From the human T2T-CHM13v2.0 reference genome, Homo sapiens, in assembly GCF_009914755.1 (NCBI RefSeq), contig NC_060940.1: a stretch of DNA of 64,000 nt; one strand, 5' to 3'. Position numbers and translations under genes: made by a program. The notes under the pieces were generated by a model, which was not told the DNA's origin, did not search any database, and saw nothing but the letters and a program-made list of their open reading frames with translations. Each line of letters starts with the position of its first letter. The stretch's first letter is position 1. Positions 49,931 to 64,000 of the stretch are shown here, piece after piece.

Positions 49931-52293
49931 ATTACAACAAAAACAACTTCTTTGGCTTTCTTTCTGATCTTTTTCCCTGAATCGTTTCTGACCTCTTCCC
50001 CTACTCTTCTTCTCTTTCTTTTTAACCCACCCAGACTGGCCCCTATTTTGTTCCTCTAACAGGGCAAGTGCTTCCTGCCATGGGCCTTTGTATTTTCTCT
50101 TCTCTCTTTTTGTAGAACTTTCTTCCCCCAGGTATCTGCGTGGCTGGTTCACTTGCTTCCTTTAGCTCTCTATTTAAACATCCTATTCTCAGGAGACTTT
50201 CTCTGATTACCCGAAAATAGTACTCCCTACTTCATGGCCTGCTGGCGTTCTCTGTTTCTTTCATCCTGTTTTATTTTTCTCTGTATCATCAACATGTGAT
50301 ACACTGTTTTCTTGTTTGTTTTTTATCTGTCTTCCAACATTAAAATGTAAACTCCATGAGGCAGTAACTAGGCTTTGTTTGTGACTGTATCTGCAGTAAT
50401 ACATACCACACCTCTTTTCACTAGACCATTAGCTTGAGGAAGACATGGATTTCCTTGGCACTGGTGTTGAATTGGGACTAACTGTATTTGCAGGAGGAAT
50501 ATTCAGTGTGTCTATTAGATGCTACATTAGAAATCATCAGCTTGGAAGCAGTCTCCATGGGAAAAGTAATTTTGATTCAAAGGGTAGAATGGAACTACTC
50601 AGGTTACATGGTCTTTTATTGTCATATAAATCTTTGTACAGAGTTCCTACTTTTTAAACCATTAGCATTATGCTAATATACAAAGTTTGCTACTTTTCAT
50701 ATTTGTCTTACAGATTCAAAGCCTTTAGTTCTTTTCAGTCTTAATTTACCACCTGTCTGCTCTCTCCTTTTCTCCCTTGGAATGTTCTTAAGATTTAATT
50801 TTGAAGGAACTTTCTGTCAGATGATTATTGGTAAAGTAAAATGTATTTCTGGGAAGCAGCTGATTACTTGGGCCTTTGATTTATTTATTTTTTTTTTTTT
50901 TGAGGAGTTCATATTGCGATATACCTATTTGGTGGTTATTTAGAAAGGCCAAGGTAGGGAGAAAAAGGAAAGAATAAAATATATGTATGCTTTAAAAAAA
51001 AGCAAGCATTTAGTTTGGGGAGCCCTCCAAATGTGATTTCTTCTACTCCTGTTTTCCTGCTTCCAAGCATAGGTGGAAGATATTGTCAGTTTCTCTGAAC
51101 TCCTAAGTTGAAATGTGCAAGTCACTAGGTGGCACTGAAGTATCATTCTCCACACAGCCACGCCATAGAACACTTTTGTTATCTTGCTCCAGCTGACTGG
51201 ATTTCTAGGTGTCAGGGAAATTGTTTTATTGGTACAGGGCATAGTGTAATATATTCCTCTCCACCCTAGGCAGCTACTTAACGCCCTGAAACATGCACCT
51301 CTTGTGGTCATGGCCTGTTAACTATGCTTATTTGGTGTAATAATTAGCAGAATTTCTCACTAACAGGGGTACTTACCAACACCTCACATCTTCACTGTGT
51401 TTTTGTACGTGATGGATTGTACATTCTGTGGAGAAAGTTGGGAAGGTCAAAGCTTAACCTCTGCCTAACAGGACTAGTTTTCGCACATTTGTTCAGAATA
51501 GGTTTATATTAACTGGCTTTTGAGCTTCTTCAGACCAGAATTGTGTGTAACGTAAACATATTTGAGCTTTTATGTAAGGACCTAGTGAAGGTTTGTAAAC
51601 ACAACACTGTTAATTTTCCAACTCATAGAATGACAGAAAAATAAATGAATAGCTGCTGGAATAATTGGACGACACTTGTTACTCAGAACTGTGAGTGTTG
51701 GAAGCGTGTCATAGGAACAGTGGGCCTGCCACAAGCACCACATTTTAGGTTAAAATCGGAGAAGAAAATTACACATGGAATTTTAATTTTTTCCATGGTC
51801 GTAAGTTCGGCCCCATTTAATTCTTTGTGGTTTTTACAAGCCCTCTTAGGCTCCTAATATTTCTATAGCAACAATTTCAACGTTTATTTTAGAATGTGGT
51901 CAGAATTAACCGACAGAAGACCAAACAGGATAAAATAGGTTTAAAGCAGGAAATACTTTAGCTGGACCACTAACTTACCCTCTATGACCTTAGGCAAACT
52001 GTTTGCCGTCTCTGTGCTTTGATTCTCTCATTTCTTAAAATGGAGATTATAATACGCACCCTTGTGTGTCTCCTCCACCAGGTAAAAGTGAAACAATAAC
52101 TTCTCAATATACCTTTGCTTATATTCAAAGCTCCAGGTAAATGTAAGATGTTGCTATAATTACCTAAGAAAGCTAGGAAGATTTTTCTTTGTTGATTCCA
52201 AGGTGAGTTGTAGAAATTCCAGAAGATGGATTAATGTAGTCTGAGGGCTCAGACTTCTGCATCTGTGTAGATAGTACCTATTTTCATATACTG

Positions 52294-52327
52294 TGGCCTG
52301 GCTCTGTTTCTGGCCTGGCTCTGTTTC
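52294..52327 (+). repeat. Perfect 17-bp tandem duplication
   Basis: TGGCCTGGCTCTGTTTC x2. Confidence 0.95.
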
Positions 52328-53131
52328 CAAGGTTTAAGTTCCATTCTTTTAACTGTGTATCAACTATTTTCACTTGGTTGTTCTACTTTTACTTAAACCC
52401 TTTATATATGTCTGGATTTAGTTGTAGGAAACAGAAACTATGTGAGATAGGGAAATAGGTTGATATAAAGTCATCAGGAGGACCAGAGAAATGGGCTGAA
52501 GGTGGAGCCTCCAGAGATGGGCTTCTGAAACAATATTACAGATTGGCTTGCCAGGGTAGCCGCTCATCTGTCACACTCGGGAAGGGCTAAGAATCAGGAG
52601 TCATTCCTAGAACTGTTGATTTGTAAGAACACACAACCATAGTTGTAGTTGGGATCAGGAAGGTACCACCATTACAACTGGCATTTGAGAACTACAAAGT
52701 GAATGGCCAGATTCTGGAATGTTATTGCCTCATGACTATGTTGCCTGCAGAAAAAGTTGAAACAGCAAGGTGATGGCCTCCATTTTATTTTTGACTTCTG
52801 ATTCTCACATGCCGCCATTAAATTGGTGAAGCTTATTTCTCATCCAGAACTCCTAGCTGCAAAAGGGTCTGAGAAATAATAGTGTTTACCTTTTCATCCT
52901 CTGCACCATAGGAAGGCACAATAAGAGGAGATTGGAAGGGTGCTGAGTGCCACCATATCTACCTCTTCCCCCAGCATGTTTAAAATAAAATATCTTTACC
53001 TCCAACTCATATTGCATTTTCTGTCCAGCACAGCAACTAGCTTAGTGGGCCCTCAGTAGATGTGTTAATGACATTGACTTCCTTATTTCTTATATGGCCC
53101 CACCTTTCCTAGTCACGTGTCTTGGTACTAT

Positions 53132-53132
53132 G
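53132..53132 (+). other. rs1121980 site, G (non-risk) allele; E-box GTCACGTG at 53112-53119 nearby
   Basis: Flank GTCTTGGTACTAT[G]TGAGATTTCAG. Confidence 0.8.
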
Positions 53133-54255
53133 TGAGATTTCAGATCCACCTGCCTACCTGTAACTCTTGATTCCTTTTCATTTCCATTGCTGTCTCCTTG
53201 TTCAGGTCCAGCTCCTGTCTGCCTGGGCTTTTGCAGTAGTCTCCTTATCTGGCTTTTGGTTTCTTTCACCGTAACCATATTATAAGTAGATTGGTGTTTA
53301 AAAATCAGAACAACAAATAACAAACATCCTTCCACTGTGCTCCTGTCCTTCTCAAAAGCTTTCTGAGGCTCCTCATTACATGCAGGATAGAATCCAGACT
53401 CCTTAGCTTGACTTTCAGGACCTTCCATAATCAGGGTGCAATCTATCATTCCAGGCTTATCTTTCATTTTCCCCCTGCTGGAACTGAATTTTAGCCAAAA
53501 GGTCTAATCACTGATGTCAGAGTGTCTTGTCCTTTACTAACTTTTCAGCTCTGCTATCCTTTTGCCTGCTTTTAATAGTCTGTTTTCTTTCTCATTTGTT
53601 TATTCCTTTGATCACTTAGGCACAGAGTTTTTTTCTCCTTTCTTCATACTTATAGCATGGTTTACTAAGGCATTTTAATTTTATTACCTATATCGTTAGT
53701 TTTCTTTTTATGACTATATACTCTCCGCTCCTTTTTATGTCGACAATGTAAATATTTGTTGTGGATTGATTTGTTGATTTTTCATGGTTTAGACATCTAC
53801 TTGCTTGGGAAAAAGGGGATGGTGGAGGGTCAATCTGGGGGCTGAAGCGGTACTCTAGCTGTGTGATTTTGTCTTTTTGATTACTACTGAAATTAACTAT
53901 TTGCTTTGAGCAAACTAATGCTGAGTTTTGTGGATTTAGTGTTTGAAAAGGGCCCTGAGAGGGAAAACCCTGGAGTTGAGCTCCTTATCCCCGTTTGCCA
54001 GGCTGGATGAGCTCCATGTCCATACCACTGCATTGCAGTTTGCTGAAGTGTGTGTTGTGAAATAGCAATGGAATTTGTCTGTGGTTTCTTGCCAGCGAGG
54101 AGGAGGAAGAAGGATTCTGAGTAAATCAGACATGTAAATTAGTAAGGCCCATGGGCCTTAAGCGAATTACACAATAAAGCCCAAAGAAATTCACTTTGGC
54201 TTCTTTCTGCTTTTTGTGTGTGTGAGAAGGCAGCTATTATGTGTTTGCTTTAGGC

Positions 54256-56360
54256 CAGAGGTTCACAAATTTTTTGGCTTCAGAACCCTTTTATACTCCT
54301 AAAAATTGTTGAGGACTCAAAAAGCTTTTGTTTATATGGGTTAAACCTATCAATATTTACTGTACTGGGAACTAAAACAGGAACTTTTAAAAGCCTTTAT
54401 TGATTTAAAAATAGCAAAACCCCTTCATTACAAGTTAATGTAACATTTTTTATGAAAAATAACTCTTTTCCAATGTAAAAAATTAGCAAGAAGTGTGCCA
54501 TTGTTTTACTTTTCTGCACATCTCTTTACTGTCTAGCTTGATGCTTGATTCTTATACTTTTTTGTTTAGTTGTTGAAATATGTTGTTTTGGTTGAAGTAT
54601 ATGAACAAAATCTGGCCTCAGACATTAATGGAAAAAGGGAGTATTTTAATTGCTTCTTCAGCTATTAAATGTAGATATTCTTCTTTGATATTATTCCAAA
54701 ACTTGTCAAGTGATAGCTTCTATTTTAAAACATTTTTGTTTTTAATTGACAATAATTATCTATATTTATGGGGCATGCTGTGATGTTCCATGTACACATT
54801 GTGGCATGATTAAATCAAGCTAATTAACATATCTGTCACCACACATACTTATTATTTCTTTGTGGTGAGAATACTTAAAATCTACTATTTTAGCAAATTT
54901 GAAATATACATTACTGTTTACTAGTCAGCATGCTGTGCAACAGATCACTAGAACTTAGGTCTCCTGTCAAACTGAATTTTTTACCCTTTGACTAACATCT
55001 CCCCTTTCTCTGCTCTATCCCACCAAACTCTGGCAATTACTGTTCTGCTCTCTACTTCTATGAGTTTGACTTTTTTAGATTCCATATTTTAGGGAGATCT
55101 GTACCTGGCTTATTTCACTTAGCATAATGCCCTCTAGATTCAAGATTCATCCATGTTGTCACAGATGACAGAATTTCCTTTTGTAAGGCTGAATATTATT
55201 CCATTTTCTTTAGACAAGTGATAATATCTTAAAGCTTACTTGCAGTGTGGAATCCGAAGCTATCTCAATTAACTTTTCTTACTTTGTTATATTAAAATCT
55301 GTTGATCTCTTTTGCACTTTGAATGCATCTTTTACATTCAAATGATTTTGTAACATTACGTTTTGATCATTTGGAAAATTATCATGTCACTGAGTTATAC
55401 AGATCTTCCAAATGTTGATGCATTTCATTATACAGTGTAAAAAAAGGTCACACTCATCAGTATCACCACTGATCTTATACAAGTTTTTAAGTATTGAAAA
55501 GCCCCAAGCTCAAGGTAGCAAATACAAATTTTCTAAATTTCTGATTTTTCTTGACAACCTGAAGTTTATCATTGGCAGCAAATATGGTCAGTTGTTTTTC
55601 TTGAAGTGGCAAGCTCACTTGATTAATTGTTGAGAAAAAGTCTGCCAAATACTCAAGTCCGATTAACCAGAAAAATGTCAGTCAGCTATTTTTTCAAGTA
55701 AAAATGGTGTTCCATGGGGCAAATTCAGCCCAGAACTCAAATCACACATGTACTTTTGTTTGAGACAACCATTTTACTTTAGTATTTATCAGAAGTACTT
55801 TATGTATGTTTACTATTTTGTCACACAGTATAGTAAAAAGATAGCTACTTAAAGCTCAAGATTTAATAGAATTAATAATTTTTCCTGCTTCACCAAGGAC
55901 ATGCTTAAGTGAAACTAACTTCCTTTTTCTTTCTCTTTTAAATGGAATGCATGGTAAAGAACATAGCAACTAGTAAGTTTTTGAGGTCTATTAAAACAGC
56001 CTGCTCACTATAGTTAATAATAATGTATATTTCAAAATTGCTAAAATGGTAGATTTTAAATGCTTTCACCACAAAGTATGTGAGGTGATGGATAAGTTAA
56101 TTAGCTTGATTTAATCATTCCACAATGTATACAAATGTCAAAACATCACATTGTACTCCATAAATATGTATTACTTGTCAATTAAAAATAGATGTTAAAA
56201 AAACTGAATACTAGTTTAGTTTGGTACCGCTGGCTTGATTAGTGACAAGGCACCTGCAGTTTTACCCAGCATTCTTTAAACCGTCAGTGGAAATGTCCAC
56301 ACGGTGAAAAAAGCAAGTAATAGTATTATTCTGAAAATAGTATTGATCTTGTGGAACCTT
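54256..56360. mobile_element. Charlie1 (Charlie1a-like, hAT) interrupted by L1MA fragments (~54725-55210 minus, ~55985-56200 plus)
   Basis: CAG.GGTTC.CAAA.TTTTTGG..TCAG.ACCC.TTTA.ACTC.TAAAAATT.TTGAGGAC terminus; TCTTCCAAATGTTGA, TCTGCCAAATAC internal words. Confidence 0.85.
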
Positions 56361-57252
56361 TGCCAATCTACTGCACTATGCCAATTAGGAAGATTTGAGT
56401 AGCTAAAAATTCCAAGAGTGGAATAATAGTTTTATTAGTTATATCTTGAAGGCCAATTTCCTTTTTTACCCTGGAACTTAGGCTAAGTGAGGCAACCTGG
56501 AGGAGAAAATTTCTCTCCTGTCCTGAGATTGCTGTTAGCCCAGGGTCGGAATTCCTGGGGCCTGATTTTTTGAGTTTAAGAAGCACAGGGAGGATTTTTT
56601 TTTAACCTGCCTTTGGTGATAATAAATGTTTAACCTAAATCAATGTGATTGTGGATTTTTTTTTTTTTTTTTGAATTGTTGTTTCTGTTAGAAAAATAAT
56701 GAATGACAAGTGCCGCAGAGATCAGTTGTTTGTGAGATGACTGAGAAGGTAATAGGACCTCCTATTTGGGACATTAAGGAAAGCCTTCTCTAAAAAAAGA
56801 ACCCATTTTGAGCAACATGCGAAAATTCTTTGAGTCAGTTGGCCTCATTTGTAAGCCTTTGATTGCTTTATTTGTTTGTTTGCTTGCTTGTTTATTTATT
56901 TATATTTGGAAGGCAATCTTTCTGCTTCCTGACTGGCTGTCAGATCTCCCAAATAACATCATCCCTTTGCTGGTGTGAATATAGCCTAGACTTGAGGCAG
57001 CAATTAACTGATCATGTAATAGAAGAATCCCAATCTTCCAGTTTCTTTTTTTAACTTCTTGGGTGGTTGGGGCACATCATTGCAACAATTATTACATTTA
57101 CTCAAGAGTTTGTCTTTTCTATTAAAAAAAAAATTCCATCTAAGTGCCTTACGGTGAAGAGGAGGAGATTGTGTAACTGGAGTCTCCCCTTAACTGGTCT
57201 TTATTGTTAAAGAAGAGTGATCCCTTTGTGTTTCAGCTTGGCACACAGAAAC

Positions 57253-57253
57253 T
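57253..57253 (+). other. rs17817449 site, T (non-risk) allele
   Basis: Flank GGCACACAGAAAC[T]GTTTTAATTTAAC. Confidence 0.85.
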
Positions 57254-57404
57254 GTTTTAATTTAACAGTCCAGCTCCTTTAATAGATCAATTCTCTATTG
57301 TGGTTTGAATTTGGTGCACTCCCAATTTACTCTAAACTTCTACGGGCTTCCTTGGAGAAACTGGGGCAGAGATGCCGAAGACTCATTTCGGGTACAATTT
57401 AGAG

Positions 57405-57530
57405 TTTGTTTATTTATATAAATGTAAGGGGTACCAGTGCAGTTTTGTTACATGGATATATTGTGTAGTGGTAAAGTCTGGGTCAGCTTTTAGTGTAACT
57501 CATCTGAATAATGCACATTATATCCATTAA
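57405..57530 (-). mobile_element. L1MA/L1PB 3' terminal fragment
   Basis: GGGGTAC.AGTGCAGTTTTGTTACATGGATATATTG.GTAGTGG. Confidence 0.75.
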
Positions 57531-58235
57531 TTTATAGTTTTATCTCAAACCTCTTATTAATTAATGCTAGCCATGGAAGCTAGCTAGCGCTTGTAAATGC
57601 CTGCTGTGTGTTAGATGCTCTAGTAGGTGTTTTAGACACCCTCATCTAATCTTCATGGTGATTTTCTGATATATCCTGAACCTGTACAATTTTCTCCACT
57701 TCTGTCACTACTACTACAGGCCAAGCCACCATCATTTCTTGCACAGACTTCTGCACCCTCAATGTGGCCTCCCTACTTCAAGTTTTAACAGTCTTCTCCC
57801 TCTCATAATCCACTTTCCAGACATAAGTTGGATTTATTTTAAAAATATATATCAAGTGATGTCACCTCACTGCCTATAAGACTCTTCAGTGACTTAATGA
57901 CAAACAGAATGAGATCCTTCTCCTGCTCTGGCTGACAAGACCAGAACAACCTGGGTTCTATAGCTCTGAGAGCTCACCAGCCACTCTGTCCTTGCTCGTT
58001 CACTGTGCTCCAGACTCACTGGCTTGCTTTCTGTCCCTGGAAGCCACCAGACTGGTTCTTCCTTAGGGCCTTTGTACCAGCTGTTCTTCCTGCTTGGGAC
58101 ACTCTCTCCCCAGATCTTTAGTCTGGGCCTGGCTTCTTGTGATTTGTGTCTTGCCTAAAATGACACCCACTCAATGTGCCTTCCCTGACCAGCTGAGCTA
58201 CAGCGGTTTCCCTCTACCGCATCACTAGATTTTAC

Positions 58236-58475
58236 TTTCTTTCTTTTTGTTTGAGATGGAGTTTTGCTCTTGTTGCCCAGGCTGGAGTGCAGTGGCATGA
58301 TCTGGGCTCACTGTAACCACCTCCTGGGTTCAAGCGATTTTCCCACCTGTAGAGATGGGGTTTTGCCATATTGGTCAGGCTGGTCTTGAACTCCTGACCT
58401 CAGGTGATTCACCCACCTCGGCCTCCCAAAGTGCTAGGATTACAGGCAGGAGCCACTGAGCCACCACATTCAGCC
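58236..58475 (-). mobile_element. AluSq/Sp-like with internal deletion, amid L2 and MIR remnants (57670-59090)
   Basis: Reverse Alu lacking central ~60 bp; TAGATTTTA on both flanks. Confidence 0.88.
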
Positions 58476-60149
58476 TAGATTTTATTTTCATTAAATCGCT
58501 TGATGCAGTGCAGAGTGAGTTTCTGCTATTAGACTGTCTGGATTTCAATCATGGCCTCGTCATTTACTGGCTGTGTGATTTTGGAGAAGTTACTTAACTT
58601 TTCAGGACTTTCATCTTCTTCTTTATAAAATGGAAATATTATTATATCCCTCCATTGTAAGAATTGAATAAGGTAGTACTTAGCATCTTTTATGGTTTCT
58701 GACACATTGTACATAATCAAAAAATGTTAAATATTGCTATTTTAATGTAATGTTATTAAAATCATTGCATATTTTATAGCTTATTTATTTGGCTATTTTT
58801 CTGTCTCTTCTACCAGGAATATAAGCTTTATGAGGGAAAGAATCTTATGTGTCACATTCCCAACTGTGCCCCTAGAGCTTAGAACAGTGCTTAGCACATA
58901 GTAGGCATTCACTAAATCTTTGCTGATTATTAAAATCTGAGATATAATTATCCCTATTTTTCCAATTGAGTAATCAGGGTTCAGAGAGGTAAAGTAACTT
59001 ACCCAAGGCTACGCAGCTACTAAATGCTAGTAGTTCCTGGTATTTGTACTGAATGCTGATTACAAAGACCATGTTCTTTCTGTTATGCCACAATACATAA
59101 GTGGATCTTTATTTCAGATTCTGTCATTTATAGCAGATGATTTTCAGGTTGCCTTTTTATGTAAATGTAACATGACTCATGAAATGTAAACAGCCATTTG
59201 TGTGAACATGAAAGGTCAGAGCCAAGAGTTAGGCCACAGGCAAGTTAGGAAAGTGAGATATAGCACACCCACCACATTCAGTGGTGGAAGAAAAGTTACC
59301 TGATTCCTGCCTTGGAGATGTGTAGGGTAGTGACCTTGGGGTTGGGCTGCCTGAGGAGGTTCCTATGCTTTGATTTCTGAATGGACAGGATCCCTAAAGT
59401 CATCGACCCTAGTTTGGGCTCTTGTACTTCTTCTATCATCTTATTCTAGTTGGTGGAGGCAGAGGTTGAAAAATCAAAATGTTGGCTCCTTCAGCCTCTA
59501 AAAAGTAATAGGCTTGAATTTGCTTTTGTCACTAACATGATTATGGTGCTTGGTCTGTGGGGGCTTCACTGATGCATTCTTTTTAACAGCCCTGTTTGTT
59601 TGTTTGTTTGTTTGTTTATAAGTGAGCATAGCACAGAGGAAAAAATATAGGTTTTGGAGACTGGCACATCAGGGTTCAGATTTCTGCTGTGCTACTTCTT
59701 GGCTGTGTTTTGGCACGTGAACTTCTCTACACCTCAGTTTCTTTGTTTATGTAATGGGGATTCATATGACAATTAAAGAGAGAGCTTGTCTAAAGTGTCT
59801 TATGTAGTAGTATCCCCAGTTTGACCCTTTTGAGAATCTGATGACAGTTATGGAACCCTCTCCCCAGACAAGTGCCCGTATACCCAGAACTTTGTATTTA
59901 ATTTCATGGGGTTCATGAAGCCTCTGAAACTCAGCTTAAGAGTCCATACCAACCAAGGTCCTTATAGGAAGAGCTTGTGTTTTTGTTTTGTTTTGGCTTT
60001 CTGCAGTCTCTTAATAATGTTTATTGAATGAGAGAATTTAACTAATTTCCGGTTTCCATAATCACTTTAAACTCGGTATTTGATTTCCTTTTCCCTGGGA
60101 CCTGTGACAGTGCCAGCTTCATAGCCTAGTCTAGGCATGCCAGTTGCCC

Positions 60150-60175
60150 ACTGTGGCAATCAATATCTGAGCCTG
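60150..60175. promoter_or_regulatory. rs8050136 CUX1-binding site, C (non-risk) allele at 60161
   Basis: Flank CACTGTGGCAAT[C]AATATCTGAGCC; ATCAAT CUT-domain core; CUX1 binding from established literature. Confidence 0.85.
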
Positions 60176-60997
60176 TGGTTTTTGCCTTAGGTAAACTGTA
60201 GAGATGGACTCATGGAATGCTTGGAAAATTTTTCAGTTTATGATAATGTGTAAATGTCGAGAGCCAATTATTGAGGAATGGCACCTCAAAGTATTTGGGT
60301 ACTCTAGATCAGACATGACCATCTTGGTGTGTGAAATTTTGCTAATGCATCTTTCCTAATAGAATATACAATCTCAGGGCTAGAAAGTCTTAGAGATCAT
60401 TTAATTTAATTCCTCCAGATTGATTAAGTGGTTTGTCCAAGGTCATTCAACTGGTATAGTGGCAGAGCTCAGGCTGTACAAATCAGGTGAGTATTCTTCA
60501 GCTCCTCAGAAGCCAGTAACTTCCACTCACTTCTGTGTGTCTGAAATTCATTAAACCTTCGACACAAAGTGCAGCCATTTTAATGCTGAATGATATTCAT
60601 CACTGTCTGAAATGGGCTTATTTATGTACGAATGTTTATTCCTATCTCTTCCTCCATTCTCCCAAAATGTAAACCCCATAAGAACAGGAATCTTGTCTGT
60701 CTTAGTCACACTCAGTATCCTTAGAGCCTTGTGTGTAGTAGGTGTGTAGTGAATTTTGGTTGAATGAGTGGCAGTTCTAATAATGTCAGAAGAATTGGAA
60801 TTTCTTTACAGAAATCTTTATCAGTAATTTAACAAACATCGATTGAACCTATTATGTATCAGGCACTATACCAGGCACAGGTACGAATGAGATATGGTGC
60901 TCAGCTTCAAGGAGTTACAGTCTAAATACCAAAATAACAGAATCAAGAGCAGCAGACTAAATTGGGCCCACTGTATTTTTTAAAAATTTAATTTGAC

Positions 60998-61601
<604 letters not shown>

Positions 61602-61711
61602 TTAATTTGAATGCATGCTCCATTATATCCTATGTCTTTTACCTTCCTGCTTTGCTCATTTAACTGCCTGATTTCTGATGACATTTAAGTTCAGGTCTTA
61701 GGTTCTGTAGA

Positions 61712-61870
61712 TCAGTGGTTTCTAAACCTGGTTGATCATCACCTCACCTCACTGGCCTTAGAAACAATACAGACCCTACTTCTGGAGATTCTAAACCAGG
61801 GCTGAGATGGGCCCTTGGAAACTGTATTGAAAAACAGTAACTCTATAGTCACTTACAATGAGCAGCCAAA
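61712..61870. mobile_element. MER5-like hAT fragment
   Basis: CAGTGGTTTCTAAACCTGG.TG..CATCA...GGAGATTCT...GGGCTGAGATGGGCCC. Confidence 0.6.
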
Positions 61871-62346
61871 TCTAGCTAGATGCCCCTGCTTTATGGGTGA
61901 GTGTTGAGCATGAGGGTTTCGTCTTAAAACCTGGACTTGATATTCTATATTCATAGCATCTTTCATATCCTTAAAGATTCTATGTACTTTTCAGCACATT
62001 GTTCTGTTTCAAGGGGCTCTGCAAAGTATACTTGCTGTCTGTACATTTCCACTGTGAAAACTCCTTGAAATCATGTAGACAAATGAAAGCTAAACATCAA
62101 ATAAATAACCTAAACTGGTAATACTCCCATTTGGCTCTCCTTGTGTCTTTTCATGTGGGTTAGCTCTTCAACCAGATTCAGCATATAAATTGAGTATGTA
62201 TGGTTATATGGTGACTTTCAAAAGTAAATACTTTTTCTGTGGAACAAAAGAGATGGATTTGTGGTTTTCCAGGATTCCTTTTCCCTGACTTGGTAGAAAG
62301 ATAGCCAGGCATAGCTCAGCAGACCTGAAAATAGGTGAGCTGTCAA

Positions 62347-62348
62347 GG
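62347..62348 (+). other. rs3751812 site, G allele (exact base uncertain)
   Basis: Flank GGTGAGCTGTCAAGGTGTTGGCAGG at about the recalled distance from rs1421085. Confidence 0.6.
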
Positions 62349-63429
62349 TGTTGGCAGGGAGAGGCTCCTCTGGGTGGGACTTGGGGCATCCTACCAGCGA
62401 AAAAGAGACTAAGTTTAAGTGATTTCACATTTGGGCTTTACTTACTATAATTGCTGAAGTGCTAAATTGAGTGTGACAAATCTAACAGGTAATTGCCAAG
62501 TAGGTTTCATTACCAGTCATTGCATAGATAAATGATGTTCCTTATGTTAAAAAATAAAACCAAACTAAAGAAAAAAAATTGGACTATATTTGGAGTTAGA
62601 ATTCAGATATTGCAGATATGTTCATATACATCAAAGCTGTTTCAATGTGTCAACGAACTCAGTTCATTTACCTCTGCCAAGGTGGTATAGTGTATGTGGG
62701 AGTGCAGAGTGGGGGAAAGTGAGGAGGGGTTGTGATTTATGAGAAACTGTAAAAGAGGTTAGAATTGGGAAACAAGTTTTTTTCTTAGAGGAGTGGCAAA
62801 TAGTAAGTAGCATTTGGACCTCACTCAGCTCTAATAGTTAAAGCTAAGCTTTTTGACATTATCATTATATATTAATAATATATATGTGTGACCAGCCTCA
62901 ATAGATTTTATTCATTAGTAACTTGGTTGATTTAATGAAAATAGTTTTAAAAGGCATACTGAAGCACAGTAAAACCTAAGGCTCACATCACTGTCTGGGG
63001 AGTCAGTGAGGAACAGGGCAGAGTGCCAGTGCATATGAAGAGGGATTTTTTTGCCTTCTTGGTTCACTGCATATTCCCAGTAATTGGAACAATGCCTGAC
63101 ATGAAGTAGACATAAAATAATTACTGAATGAAAGTGGAAAGGAAAGTATACTTAGTCTCTGCTTTCATGGAGCTTATATGCTAGTGGGAGAGAGACAAAA
63201 ATTAAGTACAAATAAATAAACAGAATATATGATAGCAACTAGGGTGAGAGTGCTGTTTTTGATAGGATGGCAGGGATTGGGCCATTTGGGGAATGAATTG
63301 ATGAGAAAGAGAAAGTTGTGCAAAGCTGGGAGAGGAAACATCATTTGAAGGACAGAAAGAAGGCCTACATGATTTGAGAATGGTGGAGAGAGAGATTTGA
63401 GGGACAGACTTGCTATGATTAAGAAAGAT

Positions 63430-63761
<332 letters not shown>

Positions 63762-64000
63762 TTACGCAAAGTGGGAGCTCATTAAGAAGGTAAAAGTTTT
63801 TAAGCAAGAGAATGACATGATTTGACCTACTTTTTAAAGGAGGTTGCTCTGACGGCTGTAGAGGATAGACCATAGGCAGGGGACAATAGAGAGACCAGGA
63901 GGAGGCTGTTGGAGTGTGTTAGGCGAGATATGGTGAGTGGTTTCAGAGGCTTGTGTGAGAAAGTTGATACACTGCCCCTACCCCATGCAAACACACACTT

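Noticed and set aside
52410-52950. Possible ancient MLT1/LTR remnant
   Set aside because: Only weak motif resemblance; family and boundaries not supportable by eye
63900-64000. rs9939609
   Set aside because: Its flank is not present; recalled spacing places it a few hundred bases beyond the window end

Overview
Human DNA from chr16q12.2, lying entirely inside intron 1 of FTO (+ strand). I recognise it from the flanks of well-known obesity GWAS SNPs: rs1421085 at 44840, rs1558902 at 47460, rs1121980 at 53132, rs17817449 at 57253 and rs8050136 at 60161. All of these show the non-risk allele. No protein-coding exon, RNA gene or CRISPR array is supportable; the ORF track is Alu/L1/low-complexity noise. 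Much of the window is interspersed repeat: about 30 Alus, L1PA/L1MA/L1MB/L1ME/HAL1, L2, MIR, MLT1 LTRs, and Tigger3a, MER58, MER30 and Charlie1 DNA transposons. Repeat-poor blocks include the known IRX3/IRX5 long-range enhancer region. I do not see a new multi-gene system. The most interesting sequence-level observations are: (1) two adjacent hairpins, one a 16+1+16 perfect palindrome and the other with rs1558902 in its stem; (2) an identical GATATTGATT 10-mer under both rs1421085 and rs8050136, with further copies nearby; (3) a template-switch hairpin enclosing an Alu B-box fragment; (4) a candidate 27-nt poison micro-exon; (5) several informative local duplications and nested insertions. SNP identities and repeat subfamilies come from recall and eye alignment, not database searches.
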